From assembly GCA_040954595.2 (NCBI GenBank), contig CM082583.2, forward strand, positions 9,348,254 to 9,412,253: 64,000 bases of DNA, read 5' to 3'. A model generated the notes under the pieces. The model saw nothing but the letters and a program-made list of their open reading frames with translations. It had not been told where the DNA came from and searched no databases. The position numbers were made by a program, and so were the translations under genes. Within the stretch, counting starts at the first letter, position 1, and each line of letters starts with the position of its first letter. This document shows positions 11,301 through 25,624 of the stretch, one piece after another. The DNA comes from Balanoglossus misakiensis (lineage: Eukaryota; Animalia; Hemichordata).

Positions 11301-14300
11301 CTGGACAGCAGCACCGACTCTACTCAGCGTCTGGTGAACCAAGCCCTTCAGGATATCGCATCTCTGCCGACCGAGTGCAACGTGGCATCTTTCATCTGGA
11401 CGGAGACGGCCAACGATTCTCCCACAACGGCTGTGTGGAGCACATCACTGGCCAACAGGTCACCTACCGAGGGCGGTGGGCTGTACATGAAGTCTAGGGC
11501 ATTTTCTCCAAGAGCTCAAAGGTCAGTTTTTGTCCATTTTTTTGGCAATTGAGAAAAACATCACAGGATTTCAATTTCATACATGTACTTGATAAGAAAT
11601 AGACTTCAATAATGATGAGTTTATGTGTTTGTTCTACAGTTTGTCCAGTACATTAGACAGCCGACTGAAGGCACTACTGGAAGACGTCGCCCACTACACC
11701 ACTGTGCAGGAGGATAAGAAACCAGATGAGACTCCAGTGGGCCCCTTTGACAAGTTTGCCGATTCCAGTAATTTGCTGATATTCCTTCAGATGGCCTGCT
11801 CCAAGTGTGTAGATCGGTAAGTCATCGTACATGGATGTGTACAAGATGGGAAACTGTCAGAGGCACCCCATTATGTAGGTGCTATCTAAAAGTACATGTG
11901 ATGTATGGTACGTTTACCACTTGTATTGTGGAATAAATACATGTGAGTAAAGCAGATCTTCTGTACATGATGGTAGACGACTTGTAACCAAGACTTTCAT
12001 GGAGAGCACCATCTATCTACAGTCAGGGTGGACTGGTAAACAGTCTAGCTTTTAGTTGATCAGGCTTGTCTTATCTATCCTTTCCAGATTGCTGCAGTAT
12101 GTCAATCAACAGCTGAATGAGGCTGAGAAGAGCCTTGAAGAAAGCGGCGGTGACGAGGCAAGTCGAAACAAACCGACGGTCATCAACAGGGCTTTGCTTC
12201 TCGGCAGGCTGTGTGCGGCCCTCGGCGATTTGACCCCGAACCTCCAGCAGTGCATGCTGGGAACCCAAGCCAAGGAAGCAAAAGCTGAGCAAATACGGTA
12301 AGTAAAAAAAAACGAACAATTGCATCACAATTTAGTCTGTTTAATCATTGGAGAATGTGAACAATTTATGGGGCAGTTTTTAAATATAGACTGGGAAAAA
12401 TTGTCGAAATCAAATGTAGCACAGTTGTCTTTATGAAGAGGATTGGGCAACGTTTTCGTTATATCAATCAAACCAAAAAAGCAGAAAAGCAAAGGATTTC
12501 ATTTATATGTACTTAGTGTGCTGCAGACCATTACCTACAATTTCATCATCTGTTTCAGACCATTAGGAAGAAGACCACTGTCTATACGTCAAGCCAAGTC
12601 AAAAGCAGTGAGTGTCAAGACATCTTTGAAAGTCTAATCAATTTCTGCTGGTATATCTACTCAGAAATCACAGTAAAATGGTTATAACAGATAGATAGAA
12701 TATTTTTAGGATACAATTTGTTTTGAAATGTTTTGATACAGAATGTTTAAGTCAAGTTTTCTTCCCCTTTTTTGCTATCTCAGGCTGCAGAGCCTACCGA
12801 GTGGGATAAAACAAAAGATTCATTCACTGAGTTCTGTGACAAAGCCTATAGGTAAGTGTCTTCAGACAATGATTGATGGCGAGTCCAAGTTCACTTCTAC
12901 AGTGTTGATATTTTCATGTATGAATTTGAGCTAACATTTAAATACTGTCCTTGCAGTGTTTGGACCCGCAGTCAGAGTAGAGACTTGGTTGGAGATTTTA
13001 CAAACAGTCTCTTGGATGACAATGGCAACACACTACTTCATATGGCCACTGTGAGTATTAACAAGAAATTCAATCAGATTTTATAAAACAGACTTCAAAA
13101 CAGGCTATGTACGGTAACAAGCTGATTACAGGTTATTTCAGCATGTTGTACAACAAAAAAACTACTGGAAATTTTAAGTTTAGTTTCTGAGTTTCTGTCT
13201 ATTATAGTTCTTGTTTTACTCGTTGAAATGAACAAATGGCACTGAGGGCGATGTTATGCACATATTTTGCATCTTTCAGCGGCAATATGTACTCAAAACA
13301 ATGTTTGTGACATTTCTCCATTTCTTTTCAGAATTGGGAGGAGATTTCTATACAAGAGGAATCAGAATCTGGAAAGACGGTGACTTCAACAATACGATTG
13401 CCAGTGCAGGTAAACTGGTGTGAATTTTTTTTTCAAGATTGTGTGCTTGCAGATTGGAGTTGATCTGAAGTGTGACATTCATTGATTGTGTTCCTTATCT
13501 TCCATGTGTGTGTGTGTGTCTCGCTCTCTCTCTCTTTTTCGAGTTAAAACGGTAAAACTGTATGTGTCAAGTTCATGTATAACTGCTGCCCATATATGAA
13601 GCAATTTCGTATTCTGTCTTGTCACCAGGCATCCTGGTACGTGCAGTCAACGCTATGCAAATTGTGTGAAGAAATCAATAGAGTTGGGGGGCATGCACTG
13701 CCTAGGTAAGCGCCAAAATTTCCAAATCAATAATGTCAGTATTATGCATTCTGGGTATTTTTATGAATGGTCTATGTGTTATAAAATTTTCAAACATTTT
13801 GGTGACTTTTCCCCCCAGACAAGTCATTCAGGGGCTGATCACCAGTACCAGCGATGGCATCATCTCTGCGTACGAACAACTGCTGGCCACAGATAAAGAG
13901 AACAGAGCCAACGACAGAACAACCATGAGTCAACCCAAAGCCTTGCAAGTTCTCTTTGATTTGAAGTTCATCAACACCTTGATGTCTGGGAGACGAGACA
14001 ATGCCAAGGTAATGGTTGAACTGTTCAACTGAGGTATCTGGTGGATATTGACTTTTCTTTTATGGTCTGTCTAAAATGTGCAAGCACAGATTAGTGATCT
14101 TTTGTCTTTTTGTTCCCCTCCCGTAGGAGAGTACGGCTTACACAGAGCGTGTGAAGGAACTGACCGAGTCCCTAGAAGGTTACATAGATCCATTTGACTT
14201 GGATGTGTTTACTCCACACATGCAGTCCAATCTCAATAGACACACCATGAGATGTGCTGTAAGTATGGCTTGCATATCAGTTCTGTTTCATCTTCTTCTG

Positions 14301-15793
14301 ACGTCAACCCAAAGAGGTTCAGTTTATTCGCCTCCATTGCCGACACTGTGAAGTCATGCAGCATGTTATCAGGTTTGTTCATGGGTGTGTCAATCTTATT
14401 CTCTCACTTTGCATGACAGGTTTTGTTAGGGTCTCTGTCGAGTACAGACAGGCCAACGTACACCCACAGACCAGTACAGAGTGGACATCACGAACAGCAC
14501 AACGTCCTGCCACTGACGCCGGGCCAGGCCAGATTCAGCCTTCTGCCTCTGAGTACCACACACAGCGGCTACAGAAGCAGCCAATCACTGCTGTCCAAAC
14601 AGCAACAGGTAGGGTCTGGCTCTCAGTGTATTTTGTAAGAAGGTATACTATTGGATGTGTATGTATTGCACATTGAAAATCTCAGTAATCCACCAAAATG
14701 AGTTTCCATGACTGAGAGTGAAGCGGAATGGGGCGTAGAAAAACAAAAGAACAAACACCTACTAACACTGGTGGCACCCATTTACGCCACTGTCGCACAC
14801 ACGAATGAATGAATCATTCAGGTCGTTCACCTATGATGCATTATCTTCCCAATGCATTTGCGTGTGAGTGTACAAGACTCACAAGGTCCCCTCTCTTTAG
14901 TTGTAAAATGTAAAAGCCTGATTATGCCAGATTAGTCAAGGTGAAAATAAATTCAAATTGCTTGAATCCCCACAGCCCTCTTGTGCTGAAAATAAAACCA
15001 CGGAAAGCAGTGACCATGAAGGATAAATCAGTTACATTTATCCCACAGTGCTGAAAGTTTCAAAGTATTGTATACGTATACCCCAATTTCCGATTTCTTT
15101 TTGACCAAAAAGGGATTAGGGTCGAACAAAGGAAAGGGTCTCCACAGAAATGTTCAAGAAATAAGCTGATTTTTGCATAGTGCATTATCTCTAAAACATG
15201 AACAAAGTTCTCGAGTGACTGTCTGTGGATTATAAGTGCTGTCGTACAACACTGGGCATTTCTTGGAAGTGATGTCAGACTACATTTTTTGATGATAATG
15301 CTTTTGAGCCAAATTCAGGAAATGAACATAATGGGGCTGGCAAATGCATGAGAATGAAAATGGGTCTCATGTCGGATTACTTTGGTAAAATTGAAAGTGG
15401 CATCTCCTTCCTGTCAATGGGAGGGAGAAATTCACTCGCCCCTAGCTCACAGGCCACACTGTTTTTATGACCAATGTAGTCGTATCTTGCTCCTGGTTGC
15501 CTCGTATAGATTCGTGAATTGTTTTGACTAATCACGCATATATTGACTGGCATTTGCTGAGAAAAATGGGGTGAGATTATAGGGACAAGCCCCGTGAAAG
15601 CTTACATTCTTGAAATGAGAAGTAAACATGTTTGTTTGAGGTGTGAATTTTTTTTTTCCTTCTCCAGTTAACAACTCCCAGTTTGGAATTAATCACAAGG
15701 AGCAGTGTGAAGATGGAAGAAAGCGCCAGAAGCGATTCAACGAGCTCCCTCTACTCCAAATTGGGATCTTTTCGATCAAGCTGGTTGTCATAG
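4707..15793 (+). CDS. COG1: Conserved oligomeric Golgi complex subunit 1, 27 coding exons, ~964 aa
   Basis: Hand-spliced exons, all GT-AG and phase-consistent: 4707-4728, 5079-5163, 5700-5744, 5951-6017, 6455-6558, 6683-6749, 6902-7087, 7229-7270, 7530-7616, 7908-7944, 8077-8178, 8313-8369, 8657-8728, 9111-9298, 11050-11154, 11283-11521, 11640-11816, 12088-12297, 12559-12607, 12784-12851, 12957-13050, 13332-13409, 13629-13705, 13819-14008, 14127-14258, 14420-14608, 15668-15793 (2895 nt including TAG). The translation has motifs I recognise from metazoan COG1: LFEKHNIDEIRKVEKDTRFQIEKKKEDLRLMVGERYRDLIEAADTI (Vps51/Vps67-type N-terminus), SQIKLLVDMPEKIWSAIE, WEEISIQEESESGKTVTSTIRLPVQASWYVQ, EINRVGGHALP, ALQVLFDLKF, IDPFDLDVFTPH, RFSLLPLS and C-terminal SLYSKLGSFRSSWLS*. 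Confidence 0.95.
5178..5413. repeat. (CAT)n microsatellite, ~235 bp, in COG1 intron 2
   Basis: Directly visible, interrupted four times by CACTAC. Confidence 0.97.
6063..6251. repeat. Perfect 94-bp tandem duplication in COG1 intron 4
   Basis: tgttcatattcagtc...accttggagatgcc occurs at 6063 and again at 6157. Confidence 0.93.
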
Positions 15794-16139
15794 AAATCCA
15801 GTGTATTTCACATCTTATCGCCGTTCAGGTAGGGTGCTATTGAATGTTTCACTGAAGCATGAAACACAAGGCACTCCTTTCAGTGTGTTGATAAAAATGC
15901 GCAGTCTGGTCGCGATGATAATTCTAATGTCCTTCACCTCTCGCAGAGAATCACGAGATATGATTTGATAATCGGTAATTTCATGGCGCTGTCGTCGGTA
16001 TTTCCAGTTTGTGAGCATGAAAGTACCGCAGCATGGGAGCAATCAAATATTAGCAACATGATGCCGTGCTGTTCAAGTTATTGTGGCTCCCTATGAACCG
16101 CTGGAAAGTTCATTGACCTGCACAGCAGTTTTGTGTTAA

Positions 16140-16316
16140 AGGTATACAGTCACCTATGCAAATTTATCTACAGTTTTCAATGGCAAATTGAGATCTAGCC
16201 AATCACAGGTTTCCAGTGGGTGGCACACGTGAAAAAAGAACGCCACCATGTGTTCATTAGAACACTTAGATACAACATTTTTGCCATATATGGACATTGG
16301 AGGTGACCGTGTACCT
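16140..16316. mobile_element. Non-autonomous TTAA-target MITE (Kolobok-like), copy 1
   Basis: TTAA flanks both sides (16136-16139 and 16317-16320). The TIRs AGGTATACAGTCACCT / AGGTGACCGTGTACCT match at 14/16. AG...CT ends with a TTAA duplication fit Kolobok. A homologous copy lies at 32410. Confidence 0.8.
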
Positions 16317-19300
16317 TTAAAGTGTAGGGAGAAAGGTTGGATTCTGTGATCCACAAGGCACAAGTTTTTTGACTGGTTGCCAGAATTTTCCTCTCGTTTA
16401 TCAACTTCAGTTATCTGATCAAATCGTGGAATTTTGTCCATACTTGTTCAAGGATATTATGCTAATTTGTGATTAAAAAGAAGGGCGGTCATTCTACATA
16501 TTTTTAAAATAACAGAACCCAAATTATCCAGTATTATTATGCGGCATTCTCCACAATTCACAATGTTTGGTTTGTGGCAGACCTTCAGAGAAAAACTCCA
16601 GAAGATTCCTGCAAGTTTTATTCAGAGGGTGTTAATCCGGCCGGACTTCCTGTTATAGTCCATCAAAAATCACCGAGCGTGTCTAGATTTATTGAGTGTA
16701 AATATAGACACAGTGGAGAGACAAGTTTTCCGCGCGTGTTCAACACCGTAATTGTAGATTTGGATCGCTAAGTATCTGAGTTTTACAATGATGTATATTG
16801 TGTTCGTCTTTAACTGGTGTGAAGCATAGTATTTGATGATTCAGTGTGTCGCACGCATGAAGCCTTCTCGCGTCTCAAATGAAGTCCCCACACCTCGACT
16901 GCACATATCCGACGAGATGTCAGCCTTTTTCATAATAGATAGTTTTTAACACTAGGGTAAACGTGGGCTGTTCTGGTGTGTTTGTGGGTTTTTAACCCCC
17001 TTACAGTGCAGGTGATTGATCGCTCAGGTAGAGTGTAGCCGCGCGATTTGTGGCAGTCCTGTACATTTGTCCCCCTAGCTCGCCTCTCCTGTTTGTTGTG
17101 GCTGCATTATCTTGAGAAAGTACAAGAAGAGGTTCAGGACTTTCAAGGTTCATACTACCTCAACTTCCAATCCCCTGTCGACTGTGAAATTCAGAATAGT
17201 CTCAACAAATTGCTATTAGGAGCAGGTGCTGTGTCATGTGACACAGCAGATCAGGATAATAATTGCCAGGATGCAAATTCAACAGACACTTCCACCGGAT
17301 AGATTCGTACTTCATTACTGAGAATCCAGAAATAGAATAGGTTTCTACATTTTCCTTGTTGCGCCAGAAATCAAACTGCCAGTCCTCTGTTTCATGGAAG
17401 AAAAAGGATTTTCCATCCCAAGGGGTCTGTCAGATTATCTGCTTTTGTCACAGCCAGACCGGTGTGGTGTGCGGAACACTGTCTTCGAGGTGTTCTTTGA
17501 TTACCGGGGTAGTGTATTCTTTTCACAAGTTGCGTCATTAAAAAATGATATACTGAGCTGGTTGTATAATCTGTCTGCATTATATAAAATGTACACCTTA
17601 GCATGAAGATTATAAATTCATACTTTAATACCGACAAGAAAAGATGTGGTGATTTAAAATAACGGAAACACCCTTTGGGCTGATTGCAGAATGAAAACAG
17701 ATCTCAATTTTATCCCATGTCTGCAGATACTACATGTAAGTGCGATTTCTGGAGGTTAGTGTTTAAAACATTCAGTAGTCTCTGTCTCAAGAAGTTTGAT
17801 AGTCCTCACAGCCCACTTCCTCAGTCATTTTTGGTCACCATCATTCCCAGATCCTGTATTCTAGAAATTTGGGGTTTCAAGGTAAATGTTGCAAGTCAAG
17901 TTCTTTTTTTTGTCGGTGCTGACAGCTAGTTTACATTCCCCCTGCCAACAGCCTTGCCAGGTCTATTTTGTGGTGTGTGTTCAGGTGGGCGATGGCAAAC
18001 GAGGAAATTAATCTTTGTCAAGTTCAGCCCCCACCTCTCTGAGGCTTTGGCAGGGATTTTGTCTATTTCTGTGTCAGTACAGATCTGAAGGATGGGAGGG
18101 AGACAGCAGATAACCATTAGCTTCCTACAAGGTCACGTCAGTGATAACAGGTTTTAAGTGCTCTGATTCAGAGCGAATTTCAACTTGAGCCGTTGCTAGG
18201 GCGACAAAGCTCCACCGGTTCATGATGAGTTTGTGTGACTAATGAGAGTTTCGGTTATTCGCTATGCTCTGCCAATGTTTTTTTATGGGTGTGGATTTGT
18301 CGTACATTTTTCTGGAACCATTCTGTTGTGTCAGGCCATCCCATAATATTCTTTTCCAGCCTGTGTGCGTTGTGATCAGATTATGCTTGAGTTGTCTTGA
18401 TATTCCAGTCATATTTGTTCTGGGGGTGCCCCGTGGAATACTGAAAAACAAAAGTTTCGTTCCTTGAGGACTCTGCAAGAAATTAGCAGGAGAAAAAAAA
18501 TCCAGCTGGGGTATCTTATCAGAATTGTCTGTAGTTCCTTAATTTATAATTCATATCCCGTGCAGCATTTTTTTTCCAGTGCAGCTGTTTCTGTTGAACA
18601 GATCACAAGGCTGTCCGCGTGCAAGCCTTGTCTTATTATTTCACAAATTCCCTGTTCAAAAATCCTCCACTGTAAAACCACTGAAAAGATAATCAGTGTC
18701 CGGGCTCGCTCTCACGAAATGAGCTTCCGATGATAAAAAAAGCCTTCACTTCCATCAGCTCTGGCTTTTCCAGGCATGGAGAGGGAATATTTCAAAAGCG
18801 GTGTGTTTTCAGGAAACAATCCAGCTGGATTGCAGCAATCTAAATGACGTTATCTTGTATTTTCAGGTAATTACGTGTAGAGCCCTGGATACGATGGCCC
18901 CATTTCCCTCCGGTTCCACCATGAATGAATGCATGCATGTTGAAGATGACAAACGTTGGACGAATTGAGTTTGAATCGTTGATATTTGGTGATTGGGAAC
19001 TGTTTGCTGCGCTGTGCAATATTTTTTCAGTCGGTTCTGATGGCGGAATGAAATTTGCATGAAAACCAAGCATTTCTGATGTAAAATAATTACTTTAAGC
19101 TCTAATGTTATCGAATTGATTGGGTTGTTTTCATTGTTGTTTTCATTGTTCAAAGTAGTTGACAATTTCTTCAATTTTCTAATGGATGGATTTATAATGC
19201 TTGAAATGATGTATACAGAATGTGGAGCAAATACTTTCCACCGTCTGTTGGATAACGATTTGGGATTATGGATAGGTGCCTTGAAAAAAAAAGAAATGAG

Positions 19301-21334
19301 GAAAAGAAATTTCTGGTTGACAGAAAATTACAGGAATCTGTGCAGTCATCATGAAATGGTTACATGTAATTGGATTTTTCAAAAATATTCTTTATATACC
19401 AGTAGGTAGCACTGGCTTCCCAAATGAATGTTCACTGTCTTTTAGTGGTAATAAAATTTGATAGGTTCAAACAAAAAAGAAAGATAAATATCTGCTTTTT
19501 ATTGTACCTGTCTTCTGTGATGAAAAGTTATCGTGAGATTCTATAAATTTTGCAGGAGCTGTGCAATATTTATATTCCTTTGCAATCGATAATTCATACA
19601 TCTGTCTGTGTAAACAAAGCAAACTTGAATGAACGCATGATTTGTCAAACATGGAAAAATTATATTTGCTCTTGCTGGATGCTGTTCTTTCATCATTCAT
19701 GTGCTGTGTATGTTTATTGCACCCTGAAGACAGGTTTTAATTCTCAAAAAGGCCTGCACAATTTATTGCACAGGATGCCTAGCTCAGCGGATAGACTATT
19801 AATATCTGGTAACATTGGAAGATGTTGGTTTTAATCCTGTGTGTTCAACCGATCTGATTTTCTGGGATTTTCCTCTGTGTGTACGTTTAAGGTAACAGGC
19901 GAGGTGGACTCGTGTTGTCTATTAAAGGTGAATTACCAGGACTTATTTTTTGTGGTTGTCATCTGATATTTGAGTGCATGCAACCAGAGATTAAAGTGGA
20001 TCTTTTCAGTTTGTACTTTTCTTTTCAGTGAAAATTACATTGTGTGTGTGTGGTTTTCTTTCTTTTTTTTTTATTTATGGGGGGGGGGGGGGGTCTGGGA
20101 CTTCATTAAGTGATGGAAAAAGACTGGCCGATATACTTTTTGTGTTTGCAAATATGTAAATTTATTGATTAACATATTTAATAAACTGACACATTCAAAT
20201 TAAATGGGATAATTAAACTGTTTATTTCTACAAGATTTTATTTGTGTGTGTGTGGATCATGTCTGAATGTGTGGTATAAATTGTACAGGATTTTTAATAT
20301 GGCAGTGCATGTACATATGTTCAGGGAACTTAATATTTTATCATTTATTTATTAATGGAACATATGCAAATTTATGGTGGCATACACAGTCACATGATCC
20401 CAGAGAAATCACATGACCCGTTGACCCTAAGCATATCAATTATGTGGACTAATGAAATTTCTGGGGGGGAAATTAGTATTCATAATGAAATATTGGTAAT
20501 TTTTTCAACATCATAATACTGATCTAGAATGCTCCTTTTAGATGTGCACTTTACAAATATCACATGCTGCCCTCCTGTGTTCTGATCTCGTTAGTGTACC
20601 GAGTACTTGGTCAACTCGACTGATATTTCTAACATAAACCTTATCTCCACAAGCGAATGTAATCAGTCGAACCGCTTTGAAAGGTGCGAGCTGTGACAAT
20701 TTGGCTTGTGCCCTGGCGATATCAAATTCAACTTAATTAACATCGATACGCCAAAGGGTCGCACGTTCCGTGTGGTCGGCTGAATCAAATGCTTGACGAG
20801 TACAACAGATGACAGTGCCTGCGCTTTTGAAGGCATTGTGTGTTAAAGTCGTCCTGACAAGCTGGCAGCAGAAGCTGAGTGGCCGTGACAGGACCCTTTA
20901 ATACTTGACATGATGCGGGAGGTGAGGGGGGGGGGGGGGGGGAGGGCTTGCATGTGCACGTGTTGCGTGATGGAGACCTACTAGCTGCTCTGAAGGACCT
21001 GGCAAACGGCATCCAATCAGACTGGAATTTGGTCAATTAATTGCAAAGCCACCTGTTCCTCTAATAGCCATGTTTGCCGATGCGACAGTCAGCCTTTTGA
21101 CTGCGTCCTATAAAGCCGTAGACGTGTTCAATGTCACTTTTTAGTTGTGACGTTCAATAATTCAATGTGGCAGTTTTATATGGCACATGTGCTCGTTAGA
21201 AAAAGTTAACTTTGACCCACAGGTCAAAGGTCCCAACCCCACAATGCTACTGTCTATGATACAGGCCTTTTTACAATGAAGTACTTTTTAAGAAACAAGT
21301 TTGTACAATACTTGGCTGATGTGCTGTCGAAGTA

Positions 21335-21378
21335 TGCGAAAATTTATCATTCACGAAAATTTCCCATAATTTACAGTA
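21335..21378. mobile_element. 3' terminal fragment related to the TA-target MITE at 63378
   Basis: tgcgaaaatttatcattcacgaaaatttcccataatttacagta resembles the 63378 element's right end, tgcgaaaatttattgctcccgaaaataacccgttttacagta. Confidence 0.5.
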
Positions 21379-22117
21379 TTTATTGAGGAAATCTGAACCA
21401 ACATAGTGGCACTCGGATGTGCAGTTTTCCTCAAGGAACAGCTGTTGTCATTTTAGAAGTTATTGAAACATGATGAAATGAATGTCAACAAACTCTGGAA
21501 ATCTCATGAAGAAAATTCAACAGGAAAAAAAGAAGAGAACAGCTAGACTTTCATCAAGGACAAAGTGCAAAAAGACTTGCGTTATGCTTGATGATTTCAT
21601 GATTTCTGAAGTACGAAGGAACAGAGTCAGATTTATGGCAATGGAATGAACTTTAGATGCAGTGTGGATTCATAGATAAACAGAATTAATATCTCATGAT
21701 GTGTAAATCACACAGTTATTAAGGATTCCAGCCATGACGTTTGAGTGTCTTGTATCTCCTGTCGTATACCTTGGTTCATTGTGAAGTCAGGATACAGCTT
21801 GCAATGTAGACACAGTGTCTGTATCCTCGATTGACTGGAAATTTATAGCCCCCAACTGCGATGAATAATTTATTTTGTGTTGAATTTTGCAGTCTGACGA
21901 GCGCCACAGCGCGCTAAATAAAGCCAAGGTATGGCAGCCTAGCATAGAACGTGGTCAAATCTGTCGTGGTTTTGCGATACATGTATAGCTGTGAGGAAGA
22001 GGTTCAGCTTCCGTAAATGGGATATTGACTTGCTTTACGACTTGGGGGGTTTTAGAGATGTTTTAACATGTGACAGGGCTATTAGGTACATCGATCGTGA
22101 TCGCAGTATTTCGCAGG

Positions 22118-22146
22118 TTGTCTTGTCTTGTCTTGTCTTGTCTTGT
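22118..22146. repeat. (TTGTC)n pentanucleotide microsatellite
   Basis: About six copies are directly visible. Confidence 0.85.
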
Positions 22147-25100
22147 TTGGACATTGCTCTGGTTGGAATTGCCCATCAATTGTGATCGCAGTTCCCTTGT
22201 AGGTTGCTGTGGCTATAGTTTGACAACTGCCTGGTTTGAGTATTACGGTACATGTACAACCAGACATTCAGTATATTTCCATGGGCAGATGGAACAACAT
22301 AAATAGTCCATGAAATTCTTTCTCCCAGCTCTCAGATTTAACTGTGGCCTTCTTTGAACTAAAAACATGGATTCCTTAGTGGGTTTACCGACATACATGT
22401 ACTTTTTGTTTGAAATTGATCATTTGAAGTAGGATACATTGCAATCAGACAACATAAAACCCCCCTTTTTTCCATTTTTTTGTGTAGATTGTGTATATAC
22501 ATGTAGCTTATCGGAACACAAGATTACTATCCATTCGTCAGGGAAGAAGCATTAATATTCCGATAATCATCCTGCTCCTGAATTATCCGACTTATCATGG
22601 CCATTTTTTCTCCTCTCCGCTGATAGGCAAATCCGGCTAAAATGCCATGCTTTTCTGCTTGTTAATGCTCGATCTAGATGGTGGATCGCTCTTGGAAGAG
22701 TGCCTGGGTTTTATGCAGTCGGATGTGCTAGGATTGTCCTGGACTGTCCTTGTGCACTAGCTCCGACATCAGGGCCGGCGTCTTCCCTGAAAAGTTTATT
22801 GACCGCGCGAACCAGCCCGGAGTCTGGCGTGACACGGACAGTGCACATTCCAGCTGTTCCAGAGAATTTCATAAATGTCTGGATGAGTCGCATACTATAC
22901 TGGCCGAGTGTGTGCGCCCTGCAGCATAGCAGCCATGCCGAGCATGCCTGGCGTACCGACTTCTCGACTCGGCTGAAATTTGATGAGGACATTAAAAAAA
23001 CTATGAGATGGGATATCGGAGGAGATTTTTTGTAAACATCTCATTGTCAGGGATCAAACTTCAGAGATCAGATTTCCAAAAAGCAACTCAACTATGGAGG
23101 TACACACAGGATGGTGTAGCATCCACAAAATCAGAATGCTAGGCTTCACGTTTTGCCAGAAGAGCTAATTAACAGAAAATATTCTTCAAATCTTTGAACT
23201 AAACATTAATCTAGTACACATTTTAAATTCACCTGCTACATTCAGTCAGAAGACCATTCTTGACACATCAGATATGACAGAGGATATCGTACATGCATTG
23301 CTCTTTGAACTCTGTCTCTACTTTTTCTCTGAGTTTATCAGGTCTGCGTTCAGGAGCTCTTCAATCTGCTAGAGGATGTACATGTAATATACCCCCTGTC
23401 ACTGTTGCCCAGGAGACCCACAACATATATATCTTCACCAAGAACAGTTCACCAATCCCCCGACTACGAGTTCCATTTCAGGACCGCATATCGTTACATT
23501 GCCCACAAATCAGTAGATTTCTTATCGCCCAAACTCAATCCGTCTCACTGCACCTCCGCGTCCAACCGCCGATAATAGTAAATGTATTTTTCTGCAAACT
23601 ACCGTACAGTAGTTTTAAATTATAAAGTTGTCAACTCCCATTCGCTGCGGGCAGTCTCCGTTTGACAAAAAACAGCCCTCACTATCAGTCCAGTGTGCCG
23701 TCTTTGGTCAACGTCGACTTTGCTGTGAGTCAGCAATCTGTAATTTTCTGCCTGAAAGGCAGATTTTTTTATCAAAGGATGAAATACAGTTAACATATCA
23801 TTTCTTCAGGGTCTAATATAGTGAGTTGTCGACCTTTTACCCAGAATGCAATTACTAAAATGTGATTTGACCCCTTAGCATGAAGTAAAACCCTATTTTA
23901 AAGGCAGCCAGAATTGAAAGCCTGTTTAATGGTTTTAGGTTTTGTAGTTTACGCTACTCTATCAAAGCATCTATGAAAAGAGAGTAAACCTTTGATTAGT
24001 CACCAGATGAAAAGCATTCATGACAGACAGTATCTCATAGAGCAGAACCATGGTATTCAGTGTATATGGATTCAGTGAAAATGATGAATACTTGCCAGAT
24101 GTTTTGCCAGATGAAATTCATCAAAGCTTGACAATTGATGAGAATGTTATGAATCTGCAAATGGAGTGTATTATCTTGCTGCTCTGTATAACAGTTCCGT
24201 TTCATGTCTGCGATTACAATTTGAGAAAAAAAATGTTTGCCTGACAGACACCTGCAAGAGACAAAATCGTCTGATGGCATTGTTGTTTATAACAGAAGAG
24301 ATGGAAGTATAACTTGAAGTTTCTGAATGTGCGCAATACTCATTCCCGGCCCTACCTTGTACGTTATTGATTCAGTAGTTTTCCCTGTTAAGCCAAGCCA
24401 GCAGTACTAAAAAGCTAAGCCCTGGTGATTGATGCCTGCAAATTGTCTTCGTTGTTTTTCCCCAGTCTCTTAAATTTCACGAGCCCTTCCTGTCCACACT
24501 TATTTGTATTGATTTCCCAGTCAAAACAAATGTTTGCACACTCCAGCGATTCAACATCTGAGCGTGCATCTTGCAGAAACTCCTCACCATGGGAACAATT
24601 AATACTTAGTGCAGGGTTACTGGCTGCATCAATAATTGAAACATTTCCTATGCATGTAGGATATGTGCTTTTGGATCAAGTGGCGAAGTCTTTAGCTGCT
24701 GTTTGACATATGCTTTTAGTTACGCCATGTTGGCCTGAGCTGGTAATTGTGAAGAATTGGTGTACTTTAACTCAGCTGTTTCTTTCAGTTGCATATTTCA
24801 TTTTTTTGTTCATTTTACTGTTTGCGTTGTTACCTTAGTACAGGTCAGATTGGCATCAAAATTCTATTACAGAACGCGAATGTCAATAATAGCCCTTGCT
24901 CATTCCGAATTAATTTCCCATTATCTATAATAAAACAATTTCCCCCATCATATATTACAAGCTAGCAATTGTCGAGATGACTTTATTCCAATAATGTGAC
25001 ACTCTAAAGTGATTTCAGAAGTTGTATTTACAATGATCTGGTCTAATTCGATCGCTTCCAGTTCCAAATTCCATCATTCTAAGCAGATGGGAGCACAGTG

Positions 25101-25624
25101 TCCTTGACGCTATTTTTGCTCAAGCATCAAAGAGAAGTTACTAGTACAAGTAGATCCTCTTCTGATACCCAACTGTTAGGCCAATTAAAGAGAGGTCGAT
25201 GACCTCTCATCAAGGACAATGACTTTGAAGATGACAGTGATGTCCATGATGTTGTCATGCAGTGATTGTAGGAGAGTCTATGTCTGCAAAGCATCATGCT
25301 TGTTGAAGTCTTCTGTACATTTCAATTCTGCCTTTTGAGTTCAAGATATGACTAGAAGCTGATGCTGCCAGCTGTGCAATTGTCTACTATATAGTATATA
25401 GTCACAGATACGAATATTTCGTTGTGTGTTGTTGGTTTTTTAATGCATGTTTGAAGAACATATTGTGTTTTTTAATATGGATCAACATTTTATTATGTTC
25501 GTCAGTACTGGTTTTCCTCCCAAATTACGCATGCATTCAGATGAATGGTTTCTACATTGCCTGAATCAGTTTTCTGTTACTTTTTTATTCATGGAGAAAA
25601 AAAATCAGTTATGAATCAATTGTG

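Noticed and set aside
14609-14638. COG1 ending by read-through at TAA 14638
   Set aside because: There is a strong CAG|GTAGGG donor, and an in-phase terminal exon at 15668-15793 encodes the conserved-looking KLG...WLS C-terminus.
22097-22192. 11-bp direct repeats (gtgatcgcagt) around the TTGTC microsatellite as a retroposon target duplication
   Set aside because: The repeat does not abut the microsatellite tail and the insert has no SINE/LINE features.
22700-23035. Overlapping 111-aa (+) and 93-aa (-) ORFs in a GC-richer patch
   Set aside because: There is no recognisable homology or splice context. Higher GC lengthens chance ORFs, and the patch is more likely regulatory.
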